Source: Octopus sinensis (lineage: Eukaryota). From it: 64,000 nt of DNA. Below the pieces are notes generated by a model that made no database searches, was not told the origin of the DNA, and saw only the letters and a list, made by a program, of their open reading frames with translations. Below, piece after piece: positions 11,876-23,797 of this stretch (position 1 is the stretch's first letter; the number at the start of each line of letters is the position of its first letter). The stretch covers positions 7,130,001 through 7,194,000 of the forward strand of contig NC_043001.1 of the NCBI RefSeq assembly GCF_006345805.1. Reading direction: 5' to 3'. The translations under genes and the position numbers were made by a program.

Positions 11876-14212
11876 CATGATTTTTCGAACATTATTTATC
11901 GGATGCTCTGATTTATGTATGTAGATAAATACCTACGCGTATGTATAAATAAATACATAATTGTATACTTATGTATTTCCATAGAATTCTGAAAAGGAAA
12001 AAAGATCGAAAATTTATTTCTAGCGGCAGCAGAATGTCTATTAATGCTTTTAATGAATATTTCTACTATTTAGTAGACATACCTTGTCCGGTTTCCGTGG
12101 TTTACAAAACCTTTAGCGTTTTGGCATCATACAAATTAGTGGTTCCCACACAGATAAAAGGGTTTTGTCATATTCAGTACAAAACTACAATCAGCGTTCC
12201 GAAACACTTAACACAAACGTACTTTACGTGGAATATGAAGTGCACTGTCTCAAATAAGGTATTTCTATGTACAACACACTCTTTGAGGTCAGCACTGAAA
12301 AGCATAGCCCATGTGATATGATACATAGACCACAGGCTCAGCAGTAGACACGCCACTGCTAGAACTATTATGCACTAAATACTGTAGCAGAGAAGAAACC
12401 ACAATCCGATTGTGCAGCAGGTCATAACAGGGCCAGTCTACAGCACATATCCTCAGTTTCAAAAGCGACACAGCACGCACAACAGATTTTCCAACAGCGG
12501 CCTTTGTTTTTAATTGCATATAAATATACTTTTTATCGATGGCGCACATGCATTTCTCAAAAAATATAAGGGAAATAAAGCAGTTTTAAGAGCTTTGGAA
12601 TTCATATTTACACTTTTAAAATCTTAAATGCTAAATGTCTTTTGAAGGCATTTAGCGAGGAAATTTAGGGGCAAAATTATCAAATTATACACAAGAAAAT
12701 ATAATGTATATGTAATTCAGAATCTATCTACATTTATTGAAAATTGTTAATCTTCCATTTTCATGACATGTTACGTGGTACTTTTATGTAAAACCTATCG
12801 GATTGCAGAGGGCAATATGAAATACGATAATATATATATTTTAGGATTAAAATAAAAGAAAATAAAACAAGAATGAAAACTTTTTTCTCAAATATTATTG
12901 CTATGAGTTGCATAATATTTGACATTTCTACAGAAAATATGATGCGTTTGTATAAATAACAAATACAAGTTGAAATACGTTAACACGATACATAAATAAG
13001 GATTTCCTTCTTGAATACTGTATGAGAAAAATATTCGATTCAATGCACTTACGCCTTCCAGTGAATTATCATGTGAGAAGAAAACGTAATATCAATTAAT
13101 GTATAGAAAGAAACATTAGTACTTGATCAACCTTTATTATCACACAGTTGTTTCTGTCAGACGATGCAGAGTACCAGGTAATGAGTTTTTTCTACATCAA
13201 CCTGTAGCCTCCTTAGCTCCAATATATTATTCATCCGCAATCATTTACTAAAAATTGAAACAGTTACTTAAACATCACATTCTCCTTGATAATGTTGATA
13301 TGATCTTAATGGTAGTCTCGATCTGTTGGTTTGTTTATAATTGGATGATATTTCCAAGCATATAAAATTTTCACAAGTATTAGGAGCCGAATTTCAAGAG
13401 CAGGTAAAGATATAAAATATAGATTTACAATAACTCAATACATTCATACATTCTCTCAAATTACTGCTTCCTCTTAAATATATTTCACTTAGCTGTCGGC
13501 TGGCGTCTTTGCAAGCTCAAATAATGTCGGAAGGAAAGAGCTGCATTTTGTCATGTTTAATCTGAAGAGAAAGTTTGAACTGAAAACGAAATGATTACTA
13601 AAACTATGGAAACTTTCTCAGGTGTGCTAAATAATGAGGCAAATTCTATGGTTCTGTGTATACAATTTGTGTAGTTTAGTTTCAAGTTTGATCGGATTGT
13701 TAAACAAGTCCTGACCGGAACGAACTTTAAGAATACGACGATATTGAAGAACAAAAGATAACATAATTTACTGTTCTGTGAATAGAACACGATACCTCAA
13801 TACAATAAGACAGATTGTGTCAAGACAATGCAGCAAGTTATGTATACGTTATATAATCTACAACTTATTCACAATACTGCCGAATAGTTAAGAATTCTAC
13901 TCTGAAAGCGATGATATCCTTGGTTCAATACAACTCCGTAGCAAGTTGATCTTTGTAATTTTCAGAATCCCAGCTCCCCCAATAACTTCTGAGAGATGTT
14001 AGATGGCATTTATTAGTCAATCAGGTGTGTTATACGTGTAAGTTAAATGGTAGGACTGCATAGCAAACTGCGACATGATGATTCGATGTGAGATTTATGT
14101 AAAGAGAGAACGCGTTAGTGGAATGCCAAGCCCCTATATATTTTGATTCCGACTCAGGACGTTTAGTAGATACAATACATCAGTGCTCACTGTGCAAACG
14201 ACGGAGATCCAC

Positions 14213-14408
14213 CAACACCACCACCGCCACCACACTTAACGCCTTCACCAATTACCACCACGATCACCACTACATCCACCACCATCCTCAGCATCACCAC
14301 TATCACCACCACCTCCACCGCCATCATCACCATCACCACTATCAGCACCACATCCACCGCCATCACCACCACCACCACCATCATTGCAACAAAAACAACA
14401 ACAACAAC
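14213..14408. repeat. Degenerate (CAC/CAT)n + (AAC)n trinucleotide tract
   Basis: Direct reading; source of the poly-His ORF. Confidence 0.93.
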
Positions 14409-15122
14409 AGGTGCCTCTTATCCAAATTTCAAATTCGATGTGAAACATTTCAAATAAAATGAATGTGGCAGCAACACTTAATACTGCTTAATAAAATAAG
14501 CTCTAATATAATTTTCCTTGTAAAATTCATATATAAATTTGACAAATGACAACACGTACACATTCGGATTGATAACATTCAGAGATAAAACCATATGTTT
14601 AGAATCTTACATACCATTGAATATTTAGAATTCCAAACATCGTGTGGCAGCAGAGATGGCATCGATATTCCTGTAGGAATACGAATAATATTTTATTCAC
14701 TAATCGGAAGGATCTGCACGTATGATATATAACAGTAAATGATTTATAGTATATAGAAGTGTATTAATATTACGAAGAGGTATATCTCAACACACTAATA
14801 TCATATGCAGACAATAATAATTTTAGTATTTCTATATACAAGATTGATTAAATAATACTGACAATATACATTCAAATATTAATGGTAGCACTGACAACGG
14901 TATGTCAAATGTAATGTTTTTAAGATGGATGCGCATTTGAATGGCAGGTGCATAATATACATACAAACACACATATATATACACATATATATGTACATGT
15001 GTGGGTGTATATATATATATATATGTATGTGTACAAATATATACATATATATATGTAGAAAAACATATACAAGCAAAAACATGTACATATTTACATGTAT
15101 GGGGGGTGCTTATATACATATA

Positions 15123-15250
15123 TATATAAAACTGAGAATGTGTGTCTGTCTGTGTGTTTCCCTAAAACTTGAGAACTACACAACCAATTTCATTCAAATT
15201 TTACTTAAGGTCCGGGGAGTGTCATTGGATAAGAAATTGTAACTTTTTCC
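15123..15250 (+). mobile_element. Probable Helitron 5' fragment
   Basis: tatataaaactg..gtgtgtctgtctgt..aaccaatttcattcaaatt resembles the 5' ends of the three Helitrons above. Confidence 0.4.
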
Positions 15251-15393
15251 CTAGGGCGACCCCACAGCAATATCATAGGAGGCTGTCAATAATAACAGTG
15301 TAGAAAAACGGCCGTAGGTCTGAGGTGAAATTATAGACACGATATATATATATACATATACACATCAACACACACACACACACACACACACAC

Positions 15394-15498
<105 letters not shown>

Positions 15499-16620
15499 GA
15501 TTGATTGATTGATTCTAGTTTCAGCTTATGAGCTGTGGCCATGCTAGGGCACTGCCATTTGGTGTTGCTACTTGGTTTCACTTCATGGAGGCTTTCTAGC
15601 AACTGCTATTTGGTGCATAAGAGAGTTCGATGCAACTGCCCTCATCTGCCCCTCCTGCCGTGAAGTTGGTTCATCTGGGACACCTGACAGGAAGAGATCC
15701 AGCTTCATTTTAAAGACATCTGTATCCACCCCATGCAGGTCTCTCAGGTTTTTCGGGAGGATATTGAAGAGCTGTGGGCCTCGGAAGCCCAGGCTATCAC
15801 AGAATCTTGTCCTACATCTTGATGGCAGGTTTGGAGCCCTAGGCACCACGCAGTGGCGCCCAGTTCTGGCATTTGCGTAACTCTCGATGCCAAAGTTCAG
15901 GACACTTCCCTCCAGGATCTTCCAGATGTATATTATGGCATATCTTTCCCGCCTACGCTCCAGGGAATATAATTTTAATCTCTTGAGTCTTTCCCAGTAG
16001 CTTACATTCTGCATAGAGGCTATCTTCTTTGTGTAGCTACGTTGGATCGCCTCAAGTTCTGTGATCAACTTGACACTGGATGGTGACCATAGCTGAGAGC
16101 AATAGTCAAAGTGGCTTAGGACAAGTGTCTTCCAGAGGACCATCATGGTTTCTTGTTCTCTTGTTCTAAAGGTTCTAAGAATCCATCCAGCCAGCCGTCT
16201 ACATTTCATTGTCAGTTTAGCAACATGTACATGAAAGGTCGCGTCATCACTCATGTGAATACCCAGGTCACGCACTGATTGTGCCTCTGGGATTGCAATC
16301 CCTCCGGGTCCAGTGTATTCATTGGGTATTGCATTCAGTTTTGCATGCTGATAGTATAAAGCTTGAAACTTTCCAGCATTGAACTGCATGCTATTCTTTT
16401 CAGCCCACTTGTATATTTCGTCCAGCTCACATTGCAGGTGTTTAGTGTCCTCAGGGTTCTGTATTGCCTGTGAAACTTTTGTATCATCTGCATAACTTGT
16501 GATCGTGGCTCTCTGCGTGGCTGAGGGCATGTCTGAGAGGGCCATTATGAACAGTAGTGGTCCCAGAACAGTGCCCTGCGGAACACCGCTCACTATTTGT
16601 GTGTTAATGGAGGTGGTTAA
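15499..16620 (-). mobile_element. 5'-truncated CR1-clade LINE (3' part of ORF2, 3' UTR and (AATC)n tail)
   Basis: RT motifs SGVPQGTVLGPLLF, YADD and RDLG, plus the CR1-type C-terminus YWERLKRLKLYSLERRRER. (GATT)n at 15499-15514 is the minus-strand tail. Confidence 0.93.
15583..16593 (-). CDS. Partial reverse transcriptase ORF2 of the CR1 LINE (336 aa, uninterrupted but 5'-truncated)
   Basis: ORF track 15583..16593 with RT domains 4-7 and the C-terminal region. The GTG start is internal, not a true start. Confidence 0.85.
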   Translation of the reverse strand: MSGVPQGTVLGPLLFIMALSDMPSATQRATITSYADDTKVSQAIQNPEDTKHLQCELDEIYKWAEKNSMQFNAGKFQALYYQHAKLNAIPNEYTGPGGIAIPEAQSVRDLGIHMSDDATFHVHVAKLTMKCRRLAGWILRTFRTREQETMMVLWKTLVLSHFDYCSQLWSPSSVKLITELEAIQRSYTKKIASMQNVSYWERLKRLKLYSLERRRERYAIIYIWKILEGSVLNFGIESYANARTGRHCVVPRAPNLPSRCRTRFCDSLGFRGPQLFNILPKNLRDLHGVDTDVFKMKLDLFLSGVPDEPTSRQEGQMRAVASNSLMHQIAVARKPP

Positions 16621-16660
16621 TGTGTGTGTGTGTGTGCGTGTGTTTGTGTGTATCTGTCTA

Positions 16661-16756
<96 letters not shown>

Positions 16757-17043
16757 CATCTATATATATATATATATATCAAACCGTTGTAATAGTATGG
16801 AAACTCATATCAGATACATAGTTAGTTGACAAGAAGAATGTTCGAAAATGTGGTTTCCATATTTCTACTTTTAGCAAATTTACATACATGTCTGACGTCA
16901 CCAATTAGATAATTTGCCAAAAAACGTTATCAAAGCTTGAACGAAGATAAAATTTCTAATTAATGATTTCCAATTAGGTAACAATTTCTCTATGTATTAT
17001 TTTTGTTTGATGGGCGGTGTTCATTATAACTGTGTTTTCAATG

Positions 17044-17289
17044 ATAGAATCTGATATTTGATCAGTATCGATTATAAAAATATATATTTAGCGAAAAATA
17101 ATTAAATTTTTCAATCATAATTACGTAATATGTGAACATTTTTGTTGTTCTGGTGCCGGTCAATTCTCAGAGAAACTTGAAAATACTTCAGTTGTACTAC
17201 TTAGGACACACATCAAATTATGATGTAATTACAATATTTTCACTATTACATCTGTTTCTTAAAATATATATTTATACATGTATAACCTG

Positions 17290-17292
<3 letters not shown>
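17044..17292 (+). repeat. Left arm of a 249 bp inverted repeat
   Basis: Revcomp of 21871-22119 with 2 mismatches. Confidence 0.95.
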
Positions 17293-17358
<66 letters not shown>

Positions 17359-17363
<5 letters not shown>

Positions 17364-18126
17364 GGAGTCGGAAATGCCTCGTGAAAATATCTGTTCCGAC
17401 TTGGCTATTTCTTGCTGAAGAATCTGAGGGCCTATGGAAGATTGGCTTGATTTAATTTAATTAGGTTAGTTTACCATTAAACAGCAGACGAAACGGTGTA
17501 TCGTACAAGAAATTACAGGGTAAATGTTTTTTTAAATTTTCTCCTGTTTACGGAATTGATCTTTATTTGCGGTTGAAGCTTTGGCTGTTATTTCTAGTGG
17601 GTGAATGGCCTATTATGGCCGTTCCTTGATTGTTGATGTTGAACTTAAAAATGGTCTACGACTATTTAATTTTTTCCCACTAGGCCGCTGGTGGCAAAAA
17701 GAATTCTACAAAATTTTTTTCACCACCCTATATTGATTAATTATGAATTTTCTGGTTAATTCCGTAATGGAATCGACGGCTTATATTTATTTGCTGCCGA
17801 TAAATTTGGCGCGAGTGCGACGATTTGAAAATTTTAGGTCAGATATTGCCTTGGCAGGAGTCGGAAATGCCTCGTGAAAATATCTGTTCCGACTTGGCTA
17901 TTTCTTGCTGAAGAATCTGAGGGCCTATGGAAGATTGGCTTGATTTAATTTAATCAGGTTAGTTTACCATTAAACAGCAGACGAAACGGTGCATCGTACA
18001 AGAAATTACAGGGTAAATGTTTTTTTAAATTTTCTCCTGTTTACGGAATTGATCTTTATTTGCGGTTGAAGCTTTGGCTGTTATTTCTAGTGGGTGAATG
18101 GCCTATTATGGCCGTTCCTTGATTGT

Positions 18127-18130
<4 letters not shown>
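17359..18130. repeat. Tandem repeat, 493 bp unit, ~1.6 copies, bounded by (TA)n on both sides
   Basis: 17359-17637 ~ 17852-18130, 2 mismatches seen. Confidence 0.92.
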
Positions 18131-18199
<69 letters not shown>

Positions 18200-18208
<9 letters not shown>

Positions 18209-18735
18209 CTATTGTCGCCGTATAGCGCCAAAGCGATTGCAGCACTTTAGGTCACTACGAAAATAAGGTTGACTTGCTGCAACAGAAGAGCTACTTGGAG
18301 AGGTAACAAGAACTGAAGATCTACTCCTTGGAGAAAAGGCAAGAAAAGTAGGCAGTAGGAGGTCTAGTTGCCAAGTGTGTAATGAAAATCTATAACAACC
18401 ACTGAACTGGACCGCGTTGAAATATACCCACCATACTGTCTTCTTCATCTCATATAAGGTCCCAGTATTGCTATCGCTTTGGCTTCTACTGACAACATCC
18501 TGTCAAGAAACCTAAGAGATCTACATTTCGTGGATATGAAAAGGTTCATAAAGCACCAGGACAAATTTCTTTTGGAAATTACAAGTTAGCCCCCATCATA
18601 GCAGGAGGCATAAAGAAGATCAGCACCCTCTAAATCTGTTCTTCAGAAGAGAAACAATATCGAAAGGAGACATAAAATTACTGAAAAGCGGTACCCCAGC
18701 ATGACCCATCTTCGAGCTGAAACCGGTAAGACAAA
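18200..18735 (+). mobile_element. Old degraded CR1-clade LINE 3' fragment
   Basis: Translations SYLER*QELKIYSLEKRQEK (from 18289) and NILSRNLRDLH (from 18494) match the young copy (SYWERLKRLKLYSLERRRER, NILPKNLRDLH). Related tail at 18688-18723. Confidence 0.65.
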
Positions 18736-19103
18736 TAAAAGAATAGGATAATACACACACACACAGAGAAACACACATACACGTGCGCACACTCACACAG
18801 ATGGGCAGCTACATATATACATACAAGAATACATACAAACAGGAATACATACATACATACATACACATACAAATATACACATACATTCGCCTGACTATAT
18901 GCGTGTTGCCAACTATTCAACCTATTTGCAGCATTTCCTTTTCAAATGGTACAGCTATTTAGATAATCCTAATAGGTGGTGTTATTACGTTAGACATGGC
19001 CTGCACTAACCTTTCGTTGAAAGATATTTAATTTTCATATATGATATAATATAATATATAATATATATATATTTCATGTATAGTATGTCAGCTGTATATA
19101 TTA

Positions 19104-19332
<229 letters not shown>

Positions 19333-19432
19333 TGGTAAAAACGGTACGATAACAAAAGAAAGAATGAGACCTCAATATTATGTAAATAGAGGAAATTTAT
19401 TTATAAAATAATACGTTACATATATTTGTGTA

Positions 19433-20675
19433 CGAGGGGCGTTCAATAAGTAATGCCCCTGACCCACTTCCCATAGCAGTAGAGCAACGTTATTAGTCTT
19501 TTTCTACATAGGAACCACCCAGAGTTACGCATTCCTCCCATTGCTTGATGCAGCTCTGGAGACCGTTTTTGTAGAAGACCCCAGCTTGGTCCTCCAACCT
19601 GAACGTGACTTCAGAAATCAAGGCTGCATCATCTGGGAAACGCTTTCCTTTTAAAAACAACTTCATGACTGGGATGAGGTGAAAATCAAAGGGTGCAAAG
19701 TCAGGAAAGTAGGGGGATGGGGGAGGAGTTCATAGCCATACACCTGTGCTTCTGATCTGGCGACAAGCGAGTTGTGGACCGGAGCGTTGTCCCGCCTCTT
19801 GATTTTGATAGCTTCTCTTAATTTCCTCAAAAGTGAAGCATAATAGGCTCCTGCAATTGTGGTACCCTTTGCCAGGAAATCTGTCATCACTACTCTGTCC
19901 TGGTCCCAGAAGACAGTGAGCATGACCTTGCAAGCGGAGGGCTGCACCCTTGCCTTCTTTGGAGGGGGTGAGTCACGGTGCTTCCACTGCATTGACTGGG
20001 CTTTGGTCTCTGGATCATCGTGATTGACCCAGGTTTCATCCTGTGTAATCAGTCTTTTGAAAAATTTTGACTCATCTTCTTGGCACATCTCCAAATTCAC
20101 CCTCGAGCACTCGACGCGTTCTTGCTACAGGAAAGGCGTGAGCAACCTGGGAATCCATCTGGCAGACACCTTTTGCATATGCACATGGTCATGAATTATA
20201 GTTTCCACAGACCCGGTACTAATCTTGACCTCATGGGCTATTTGGCGAATAATTATGCGTCGATCGTCCAAATTGCAGCCTCAAATTGACGGACAGATGC
20301 CTCATCAATGGCAGAAGGGGCGACCAGATCAAGGAGCTGTTTCCACAGAGTTCCGACAATGTTTGAATTCACGATGCCAGCGTTTTACAAGGTCATATGA
20401 TGGGGCATCATCACCATAAATTACTTTCATTTCATCAAAAGTCTCCTGTGGTGTGCGTCCTTTCAAATACAAAAACCGGATCACTGCTCGACACTCAACA
20501 GACTCCATTTCACACTTGACTCGGTTCAAACACCTGTAAATCAGAAACCACAATTAATTCAGAGCTGTAATTTGCTACTTACTTTATAGAGACATAAATA
20601 ATTGCACATGCACAATTTCAGCTAGATCAAACAATTGCAAGTTGGTCAGAGGCATTACTTATTGAACGTCCCTCG
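19433..20675 (-). mobile_element. Full-length defective mariner transposon (Tc1/mariner, D,D34D)
   Basis: ~37 bp TIRs (cgaggggcgttcaataagtaatgcc...) with 3 mismatches, TA on both sides (19431-32, 20676-77), length 1243 bp. Confidence 0.95.
19500..20508 (-). pseudogene. Mariner transposase pseudogene
   Basis: MESVECRAVIRFL.., VSARWIPRLLT, LITQDETWV, DNAP..(34 aa)..YFPDFAPFD. Contains a stop, frameshifts and a deletion before DNAP. Confidence 0.92.
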
Positions 20676-20711
20676 TATGTATGTATGTATGTATGTATGT
20701 ATGTATGTATG

Positions 20712-21045
20712 TTGCATGGTCGGGTCATCGGCAACTAAACTGGCAACTCCACCAAGCTTGCTTGGTGAGGAGGATATTTATTGGACACCCTGCGGGATGA
20801 AAAGCATAACCCGTCAAATGGCGGAGGAACTCTTGAGATTCAACGACGATGCAATAAATGTCTTAAGGCACGGGGACATAGAAATAAACGGACTGAATAC
20901 CCGATCGCGCATTTAAACCATTGGGAGTGAAGGACTGTTAGCCTTTGTTAGGGCATCCTTCTAGGAGAAGGTAACTCAGGTAACTGGGATAACTCCGACA
21001 TAAAACCTGCGGCTCAGTGGTTACCGATGATGTTGACTTGTTCTT

Positions 21046-21047
<2 letters not shown>
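20712..21047 (+). mobile_element. Possible RTE-clade LINE 5' UTR fragment
   Basis: GC-richer block with gggcatccttctaggagaaggtaactc, recalled as typical of RTE 5' regions. No coding evidence. Confidence 0.3.
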
Positions 21048-21094
<47 letters not shown>

Positions 21095-21095
<1 letters not shown>

Positions 21096-21200
21096 GTGAA
21101 TGTGTATACTAGCCAACATACGGGGGCGCATACATAGGCTAGTATACACATACATGCTTTTAGGTAGGTTTTGTCTCGCCCCTAAAAAATACACCCTGTA
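21095..21200. mobile_element. Possible right end of a Tc1-type MITE with a 15 bp-stem hairpin
   Basis: Ends aaaaaatacaccctg|TA; hairpin arms 21100-21114 and 21137-21151. Confidence 0.4.
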
Positions 21201-21739
21201 TTCTTTAAATATTCAGAACATTAGTTTTGGTCACACAGAACATCTCCACACCCCTTGTTCTCATTAATTCCTCACCTACTAGATTTGACCGCGACCTGAA
21301 CTGTAATTATTCCAACGGACCTTTTGTCGGCCCCCACCAACCCCCCGATTTTAACGTACATTGATAAACATTTTACCCATGGGCTCTTAAGGAGCGTCCT
21401 CGTTCGAATTGCTTTACTGCGCCTCTGTTTTGTTTTGTTCTGACAACGTAATTCCTGGTTTTTCCTGAAGAGAAAGCTGCAATATGGTATCCTTATTTAA
21501 TCAGAATTTGGAAAATTGTGGCCTTTGAAACATGTGTAGAATGTAATAAAAGGAATTCTGTACAATCTTCGTTCAACTCCATTTCTTCCATTCACTAATT
21601 ATATTAAACTTCAATTATCCGCAACACCATATGGTCTTATCTCCAACCGTGTTTTTTTCTGCTGTGATTTTTGCTACCCAGGTATCGGTTAAACTTTTGA
21701 ATAATCTGTAACAAGAAAATTCATCTTTCCATTTCAACA

Positions 21740-21801
<62 letters not shown>

Positions 21802-21806
21802 CGTTT

Positions 21807-21842
<36 letters not shown>

Positions 21843-21870
21843 TATATATATATATATATATATGCATGTC

Positions 21871-22119
21871 TTTCAGATTATACATGTATAAATATATATT
21901 TTAAGAAACAGATGTAATAGTGGAAATATTGTAATTACATCATAATTTGATGTGTGTCCTAAGTAGTACAACTGAAGTATTTTCAAGTTTCTCTGAGAAT
22001 TGACCGGCACCAGAACAACAAAAATGTTCACATATTACGTAATTATGATTGAAAAATTTAATTATTTTTCGCTAAATATATATTTTTATAATCGATACTG
22101 ATCAAATATCAGATTCTAT
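21871..22119 (-). repeat. Right arm of a 249 bp inverted repeat
   Basis: Revcomp of 17044-17292. Confidence 0.95.
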
Positions 22120-22758
22120 AATTCCTTTTATTATACCTATCAACCCCATAACGAGGGAAAATGCACAAAAGAAAATGTTTTTTAAATCATAAGGAGATAT
22201 ACCCAAAGCGATAGAAACCAGATTCTGCGCACATCGTGCAAGGATTGTATATTTTTGTAACATGAAAATCGGAATTTTGATGAAATCATCCAAATATATT
22301 TGGCATAATAAATGAACATAAACATCGAATTTTCAATTTCAACAACGGATAATTAAATATAGACCATACTAGAAGTACGGGAAAAAAACCATTGAAGTGG
22401 ATATGAAAATATTACCCTAAAAGTGAAAAACTAATGATTTTGTTTGAGAACAAATTAAAATTGTCGTGACGGATCTTTTATACACCAGAGAATCATAACT
22501 TTCCACTGATTGACGTGCTCAACTTACGGACAAAAACGTGAACATATCCAAATATATACAGGTGAATGCATCTTATATATACCTCTGTTATTTGTTTTTC
22601 TCTTTTTTGCGTCATTTACTGAATCTGTGCTTATTTATAGAATTTGTGTTGCTAAAAATTTTATATTCTTCATAAATAAAACCTGTTGTCTTTTCCATTT
22701 CCTGGCTCTTTCTGATATATAATTATTTGTCACAATATTTTTCGTCATTTATTTATTA

Positions 22759-23142
22759 CTAGCAGTATCGCCCGGCGTTGCTCGGGTTTGTAAGGGAAAT
22801 AACTATAAAGCATTTTTAGAGAGTTATAGCCAAAAAATAGCAAAAAAATGGAAAAAAATGATGGTAAATTTTTTTTGAGATTTAAAAAAGGTGGAGTTGC
22901 GTCCCCTAGACAGTTTGTGGTTCGTATTCCTGATTCTCGACCCCATGTCGAATTTATCGATTTTTTTCAGAACTGGGGGAACTTTTCAAAATTTTCGCTG
23001 CTTTAGTTTTGAATTATGACATTGGGCTATGTGTGTGTCAAGTTTCATCAGAATCGGTTGAAAGCCGTGGTCAGGGTGAGGGTACAAGCAAACAGACACA
23101 CAGAAACACGCACAGACAAACTGCCGTTTATATAGAGAGAGA
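22759..23142 (-). mobile_element. Non-autonomous Helitron sharing only the 3' end with the 10543 family
   Basis: Minus strand: A|TC start at 23142, same hairpin and CTAG|T end at 22759, different 5' two thirds. Confidence 0.8.
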
Positions 23143-23296
23143 TTTAAGAACTGCTGCATTTGTTCCAGCTAAGGAACATACAGGAAGGAATTGGTAGCAA
23201 CATACTCAATTTTTAAAGATTTCGAGGAGACACTGCTTGTCTACTTAGAAGAACTTGTCTACTAAGCACAACTCTAGGTTAGAGGCTGTCACTCAC

Positions 23297-23322
23297 CAAT
23301 TCTGCAAACTTCCCGCTGGATA
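23297..23322 (-). CDS. Candidate 26 nt micro-exon
   Basis: tttatttcag|tatccagcgggaagtttgcagaattg|gtgagt; phase-compatible with the 51676 exon. Confidence 0.25.
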
Positions 23323-23544
23323 CTGAAATAAACGGTGGAAAATTAGGGACAATATATGAAATCTGATAGCAAACATTTTAAAGAATTTAGATGGCCATAT
23401 ATCGTAGAGAACTGAGGCTCATTGCAAGGAGTATGTTAAGAAATATTCTAATGCAGAATTAAAATGTGATGCTCGCCTATACAACTTTATAGATCTTGCA
23501 CGAGTTACAAAGCACATTATACATAGAGTATGTTTCTGTCGAGT

Positions 23545-23797
23545 GGAGGCACGTGGCTTAGTGGTTAGGGTGTCTGCATCATGTTCGTAAGTTTGCGGTT
23601 TCGATTTCTGTACCGGGCAACGCGTTGTGTTCTTGAGCAAAACACTTCATTTCACGTTTCTCCAGTCCACTGAACTGGCAAAAATGAGTAACGCTGCGAA
23701 GGACTGGCGTCCCGTCCAGCTGGGGAACACATACGCCATTGAAACCGGGAAGCCGGGCCCATGATCCTGGCTAGGCTTTAAAAGGGTGCATTTATTT
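23545..23797 (+). mobile_element. tRNA-derived SINE family D
   Basis: A box gtggcttagtgg, B-box-like ggtttcgatttc, central ttgagcaaaacactt box (V/CORE-like), tail gactggcgtcccgtccag..gaaaccggg. Confidence 0.75.

Noticed and set aside
12083-12520. Possible minus-strand non-coding exon (AAG|GTATGT at ~12082) with a weak hairpin near 12305-12350
   Set aside because: The hairpin is short and bulged, with no recognisable miRNA; a single donor motif is insufficient.
14118-14462. Poly-His/Thr/Asn ORF
   Set aside because: Coincides with a trinucleotide tract; all frames are open for trivial reasons and no splice or domain context was found.
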